A stretch of 64,000 nt of DNA, taken from contig JAWBXB010000003.1 in the NCBI GenBank assembly GCA_038868075.1, positions 47,156-111,155 of the forward strand. The letters are read 5' to 3'. This document shows, in pieces, positions 59,408-64,000 of this stretch; position 1 is the stretch's first letter; each line of letters begins with the position of its first letter. The DNA is from Candidatus Bathyarchaeia archaeon (GTDB lineage: Archaea; Thermoproteota; Bathyarchaeia; Bathyarchaeales; DTEX01). The position numbers were made by a program, and so were the translations under genes. The notes under the pieces were generated by a model. That model did no database searches, was not told where the DNA came from, and saw only the letters and a list, made by a program, of their open reading frames with translations.

Positions 59408-61158
59408 TTAATCAATAAATAAGCTTACAACCTCTAGTTTCTCAGCATCAATAAGCCCGAAATCAGTAATTTTAAGTTTTGGAATAACTGGAAGCGAAAG
59501 GAATGAAAGTACAATAAATGGATTTTTAATCCCGCAGCCAAGCTGCGCAGCTGCAGTCTCAAAAGAATTAGTTTTCTCAGATATTTCGTCAGCCTCTAAA
59601 GCCGCCATTAGCCCAGCGATTGGTAAAGGAAGCTCTTCAATAATTTTTCCGCCATTAACTATCACAAAGCCTCCATTAATCTCTCTAAGTCTTAATATTG
59701 CCCTGTAGATATCATGATCATTTACACCTACAGCAATAATATTATGTGAGTCGTGGGCAACTGTTGAGGCTATCGCGCCACTCTTGAAGCCGAAACCCTT
59801 CACGAAACCCTTTCCAATCCTACCCGACGCTTTATGTCTCTCAATAACGCATATCTTAAGTATGTCCCTATCTGGATCGGGATTAACTTCACCATTAATA
59901 ACATTCATTTCGCATCGAATCTCTTCAGTAATTATTTGACCCCTAATTAAGCCAATGACTCTAACAGTAACCTTACCATCACTTATGCTTGGATGTTTTA
60001 TACGTAGATCCTTGAGACATAATGGTCCAAAATTAACTGATCCAAGAGCTGTTTTCATGAAATTGCCAGCGTCTGCACCCAGATATTTGCCATCCTTAGC
60101 TACAATCTTACCATCTATTAAGACAACCCTGGCCCTAAAACTTCTTAAATCATCTACAATAACCATATCCGCTGATTTCCCGGGCGATAAGCCCCCTAAA
60201 TTTGGGAGTCTAAAGTATTCCGCAGGCTTAATCGTAACCATTTTGATAGCGTCTATTGGATCTAAGCCCCCTCAACAGCCCTCCTCAAGCAGTAGTCTAT
60301 ATGTCCCTCACTTATAATATCACCAGCATGTCTATCATCAGTCACTAGCATAACTCTTTCAGGACAACCTTTAGAAACAATTTTTATGAGGGATGAGATC
60401 GCTTTAGTCGTTGACCCCTCACGTATCATAATCCACATTCCAAAGGTTATCTTCTCCTTAGCTTCCTCTAGACTTATTGTCTCATGGTCTGAGTTTATCC
60501 CAGCTAAAATGTATGCGCATAGATCATCGCCTCTTAAGCCAGGGGCATGCCCATCAATAATCATTCCCGTGCAAGCCCTTATCTTATCTAAAACTAACTT
60601 ATCCTTGTTTATCACACCCTTATAGTTCATGACTTCGCCTAGACCAAGAATATTTTTGAAGCCCTTAAGCATCTCTATCTCTCTTAAGCCTATCTCAGCT
60701 CCAGAGGTCTCAAGATTTGTTGATGGGACACATGAGGGAATCATGAAGTAAAACTTCAGCGGGGTTCTCTCAGCATCTTCAATCATAAATTTTATTCCAT
60801 TTAAGCCTAAAACATTTGCAATCTCATGTGGATCAGCTATAACACAGCATGTTCCATGCGGAATAACAGCTTTAGCAAAGAAGCTTGGCGTCATCAGTGA
60901 GCTCTCGATATGAATATGTCCATCAATATACGCTGGCAAAACATATCTGGAGGATGAATCTAAAAATTTCCTAGATACTTTAGGCTTAACGCCGACATAT
61001 GTTATTAAACCGTCTTTAACGCCTACATAACCATCAAAAATACTGCCACTATAAACATCAACTATCTTACCTGAAATCAGTAACTCTAGAGGCGTTAAAC
61101 CCAAGCATGAATCTATAAGAGACTCCATCCTAACACCAAAACTAAATTCTGAAAACAT
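59408..61158 (-). CDS. ade: adenine deaminase, split by a 1-nt frameshift at a C5/G5 run
   Basis: N-terminal part (60262..61158) has PAYIDGHIHIESS...ADPHEIANV...DGHAP..SDHE..TDDRH. The C-terminal part continues in another frame as GLDPIDAIKMVTIKPAEYF... Reading RRAVEGG-LDPIDAIKM requires one extra G at 60267-60271. Confidence 0.75.
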
Positions 61159-61205
61159 TCAATTAAAATGTAATTCCAAGTCTAGACTAATAGGATTTTG
61201 CATTA

Positions 61206-61251
61206 TTTCACATTTATGGTGTATAAAATTTCACATTTATGGTGTATAAAA
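61206..61251. repeat. perfect 23-bp direct tandem duplication (tttcacatttatggtgtataaaa x2)
   Basis: Copy 1 at 61206-61228 and copy 2 at 61229-61251 are identical. They lie in the intergenic region upstream of ade. The minus-strand reading contains TTTTATAC TATA-like boxes. Confidence 0.9.
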
Positions 61252-61358
61252 ACATTAGTATAAGATCAAGTTCTATAACAAAAATCCAATAGAGCTAAGC
61301 ATATAACCAAAAAGCACGAACGCTTTAGCTTATCTAATTGTTTACTCATCTCACCCTA

Positions 61359-61595
61359 TTAAGAAGATTTAGATTTAGTAAGAAACTTTTGTTTCTGGTG
61401 TTCAAATTTGAACTCCCTTTCAATTTCACGTAAGATATCATCTAATGTCGGTGGAACGTGTAGTCCAGGAGATATTTCCAATCTATCCTCACTAAGCATT
61501 TTTATGAGAGCCTTCTTTTCATCTAATCCAGACTGCATATATCTTTCTAAGTGGTCATTAATAGATGTAATGTAGTCTGGGTTAATGCGTGCCAA
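61359..61595 (-). CDS. hypothetical small acidic/helical protein
   Basis: 78-aa ORF with a TTG start and no recognisable family. It may instead be the tail of the decayed gene upstream. Confidence 0.3.
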   Translation of the reverse strand: MARINPDYITSINDHLERYMQSGLDEKKALIKMLSEDRLEISPGLHVPPTLDDILREIEREFKFEHQKQKFLTKSKSS

Positions 61596-61596
61596 A

Positions 61597-62201
61597 CTAC
61601 ACTTCAGAAGCTTCCGGTAGATTTCGTCGGCTGTTAATGTCTTTCAAACTCTCTATTTTATTATTTAATTTTAGACTTACCTCCCTAAACTTGCGGAGAG
61701 AGGGAGCCATCTTATACCTTTCATCAATAGACTTGCCTATCCAATGTGCTAGAGCGATGAATAGTAGCAAAAGAGCCGGTATTATGTCGAGAAGTCATCT
61801 GCCATATTGCCAAGAGAGAGCGTACAGAATTATGGATGAAAATATGAAAAGCCAAATAGTGCTAATTATAAGCGCACCTTTCTCCCCCATCCTTGGTTCC
61901 ATCCCTACATTTAGCGCAAAGGAAAATTCTATCAATTATCACAGTTTTCCCCTCCATCCTTATACTCATTACTAGGAACAAACAGTCACCACAGAAGCTT
62001 CCATAACATTTGCTACAGAGCCCTATGGTCAGCGATTCCGGGTGGTTCAGGCATCGTTGGATTGGTCCCCAAATTTTGGCGGAACCAAGATTGTTGATCC
62101 ACAATAGTGGCATTTAACTTGAACTGCTCCAGGCGGAATAAACTCTCTATATAGGGTGCGCTGCAGAATGGGCAGAGAAGATGCTCAGAGCTTTCTAACA
62201 T
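61597..62201 (-). pseudogene. decayed gene for a zinc-ribbon plus B-box-like Cys-rich membrane protein (3 frameshifts and an in-frame TGA)
   Basis: MLESSEHLLCPFCSAPY (frame X), IPPGAVQVKCHYCGSTILVPPKFG (frame Y), PIQRCLNHPESLTIGLCSKCYGSFCGDC...CAKC (frame A), EKGALIISTIWLFIFSSIILYAL..GR-TGA-LLDIIPALLLLFIALAHW... (frame C). The zinc-ribbon halves are split across frames. Confidence 0.55.
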
Positions 62202-62283
62202 GGAAGTCTCTCCTATTGATATAATAAAATTTAGACTTAATATTTTCATTCTCTTAGCGATTTGCCTAGAGACAATTTTTCTT

Positions 62284-63159
62284 CTAATATTGTCCCAATG
62301 AACCGTCTCTTCTAGCGGCATCGTAACCAATCTTAAATATGTAGAGGGCTATTGGTGTTGCAATAATTATGAAAATTATTAGGCTTATAATGTTAGAGAT
62401 TATTGCTGGATGTGTTAAATCCTTACCTGACTGAAGGCATAGTCTTATGCCGTCCAGAGAGTATGTTAATGGAAAAGCTCTTCCAACCCACTCAAGATAC
62501 CACGGTAGCAATTTAAGTGGATAAAAAACTCCTGAAACAAGTTGGCTAAGCCATGAAAATGCCCACGTTACTGGACTACCCTGCTTAACCTTCATTATTA
62601 CACCAGCGCTTAATATACCAATATCCATGTGGCTTGCAATTAGAAGAATGGTCAATATTATAGCTGTGAGAATTGATGAGGGTGTCGTATAGAATTCTGC
62701 GCCTAAAGCTATCCCTACAAGCAGCGACATTAGGAGCAGGGCTGATGAGACAATAAATGAGAAGCAGACTTCGCCTAAAAGAAATATTTTAAAATCTGTT
62801 GCTGTTGAAAGAATGGTTTCCATAGTTCCATTCCACTGTTCCTCACGTATACTCTCATTTATGCTTTGGACAGCGAAGTGGATGTATTGCTGGAATGCTA
62901 TGCCTATCAAAGCAAATGTGAAGTAACCGCCAACCATATAACCAGCTTCCTGAATTTGCTGAGATGTCGTGATTAATGAGAAAAGATAATATGTTATAAC
63001 AAATAGTATTATTCCGGAAATATCTAGCATGAGCCAAAATTTATATGTCCACCAAATCTTAAAGTCCCTAATAACGAATGACAGAACAATTTGATAGATG
63101 GGTGTTTTCCTACGCGGCACATCCTCAGACATTATTCTAGTAATATTCTCAACATCCAT
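62284..63159 (-). CDS. ABC-2 type transporter permease
   Basis: 291 aa with ~6 TM helices and an ABC-2 membrane-domain pattern. Confidence 0.7.
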   Translation of the reverse strand: MDVENITRIMSEDVPRRKTPIYQIVLSFVIRDFKIWWTYKFWLMLDISGIILFVITYYLFSLITTSQQIQEAGYMVGGYFTFALIGIAFQQYIHFAVQSINESIREEQWNGTMETILSTATDFKIFLLGEVCFSFIVSSALLLMSLLVGIALGAEFYTTPSSILTAIILTILLIASHMDIGILSAGVIMKVKQGSPVTWAFSWLSQLVSGVFYPLKLLPWYLEWVGRAFPLTYSLDGIRLCLQSGKDLTHPAIISNIISLIIFIIIATPIALYIFKIGYDAARRDGSLGQY

Positions 63160-63177
63160 GTAAAACCCGTCCCATCT

Positions 63178-64000
63178 CTAATATGTTGCAACAGTTCCCT
63201 CATATCTTATGCGGTTGATACCCCACCTAAAAACCCTTAATCCTATGGGTATAAAAATTACCGTGTAAGCGATTAACACAGCAACATCCATCAGAACTAA
63301 TGGTGAGAGTATCGTTGCGCCATTAAGTAGGATTCTGCGCGCAGCATCTAAAGCATACGTGTATGGCATGAACCAAGCAAGAAAATATAATGCTGGAAAA
63401 CTCTCAAGATATTTTAGTGGAAAAAGAACTCCCCCCAGAAATTCTGTTACACTAGCGAATAGAAAAGTAAGCGGATCACCCTTTTTATATACGAGGATTA
63501 GTCCAGCAGCCATTATGCCTATTCCAGCATAGCTTAAAACCATCAGCAGTACCACTATTATAAACGATAGGGTTGTCTCTAGGTTAATTATTAGCGGGAC
63601 CTTCAAAACCCAAACTCCTACAAGAAGCACACCTAACATAAAGTAGCCGCTGACGAGAAAACCTCTAATCGATTGTCCAATAATATATGACCTCATGTTT
63701 ACTGGTGATGTGATTATTGGCTCCAAAGTTCCTTCACGAATCTCATGCTGTAAGGAATGACTTAATCTGCTGATGCACATCCAGAGATAATTTGCTGTGG
63801 CAACTCCAACTAGGGCGAATGATAACCAGTCAACTTCACCGTAACCAGCCAAAGCGACTCTTCTCGCATCAACCTGCAAACCCATAAATGAGTACATGGC
63901 AACCGAGGCAATTGTGCTTATAGTCTCCATTATAACCCAAGTCCTATAAGACAGGAATATCTTGAAGTTAGCCCAGAAAATGGCCCAAACATGTTTTATC
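63178..64000 (-). CDS. ABC-2 type transporter permease (5' end beyond the window)
   Basis: The frame stays open upstream of the track's ATG 63930 to the window edge (..KHVWAIFWANFKIFLSYRTWVIMET..). Polytopic and paralogous to 62284..63159. Confidence 0.65.
   Translation of the reverse strand, partial: IKHVWAIFWANFKIFLSYRTWVIMETISTIASVAMYSFMGLQVDARRVALAGYGEVDWLSFALVGVATANYLWMCISRLSHSLQHEIREGTLEPIITSPVNMRSYIIGQSIRGFLVSGYFMLGVLLVGVWVLKVPLIINLETTLSFIIVVLLMVLSYAGIGIMAAGLILVYKKGDPLTFLFASVTEFLGGVLFPLKYLESFPALYFLAWFMPYTYALDAARRILLNGATILSPLVLMDVAVLIAYTVIFIPIGLRVFRWGINRIRYEGTVATY

Noticed and set aside
61795-61797. In-frame TGA as a possible selenocysteine codon
   Set aside because: The gene carries three other frameshifts. 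I see no SECIS-like structure and no Sec-utilisation genes in the window, and the position is not a redox Cys context.
61589-61975. 128-aa plus-strand ORF
   Set aside because: It lies opposite the decayed Zn-ribbon membrane gene and the 61359..61595 ORF, and has no motifs and no SD.
1-64000. Search by eye for tRNA T-loop signatures (GTTCRAATC), rRNA, CRISPR repeats, transposase/integrase genes and terminal inverted repeats
   Set aside because: None were recognised. The scan was visual and not exhaustive, so small RNAs could have been missed.

Overview
Archaeal chromosomal segment, shown by archaea/eukaryote-type ribosomal proteins (S4e, S6e, L19e, L32e, L35Ae), aIF5B, MCM/GINS/Hel308, EndA, the RNase P protein Rpp29 and Elp3. 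It looks moderately AT-rich by eye, and most genes are preceded by GGAGG/GGTGAT-type Shine-Dalgarno (SD) sequences. Lineage is not determinable here; a TACK/Bathyarchaeia-like acetogenic archaeon is only a guess. Main blocks: (1) ABCE1, surface proteins and a queT-like transporter (1-6.1 kb). (2) A decayed pentose-kinase locus (6.0-8.2 kb). (3) A complete archaeal CO dehydrogenase/acetyl-CoA synthase operon cdhABCDE, followed by a Ni/Fe-S maturation suite of three CooC paralogs, CooT, a ferredoxin, a flavoprotein and a multi-cluster radical SAM enzyme (8.3-23.4 kb). (4) Elp3, GlyRS, EndA, S6e and small housekeeping genes (23.5-34.2 kb). (5) An acetyl-CoA/acetate node: ADP-forming acetyl-CoA synthetase, a stand-alone Pta N-terminal-like protein, and two large GNAT fusion proteins, one Pat-like and one CoA-transferase-GNAT. 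(6) A ribosomal-protein operon L22 to L18 truncated at both ends and headed by a MoaD/SAMP-like diglycine protein (39.5-46.7 kb). (7) GINS-MCM-Hel308 (47-51.9 kb). (8) A giant C-terminally anchored surface protein, adenine deaminase and ABC-2 permeases (55-64 kb). No rRNA, tRNA, CRISPR array or transposase was recognised by eye. The most unusual signals are: about 14 frame disruptions (single-nucleotide shifts, many at short homopolymers, plus one internal deletion and one in-frame stop) confined to accessory genes; two conserved genes (ABCE1, one cooC) whose conserved N-termini lie upstream of any ATG/GTG/TTG but behind well-spaced SD boxes; an SD-sequestering hairpin in the queT leader; and uncharacterised GNAT fusions around the acetyl-CoA node.
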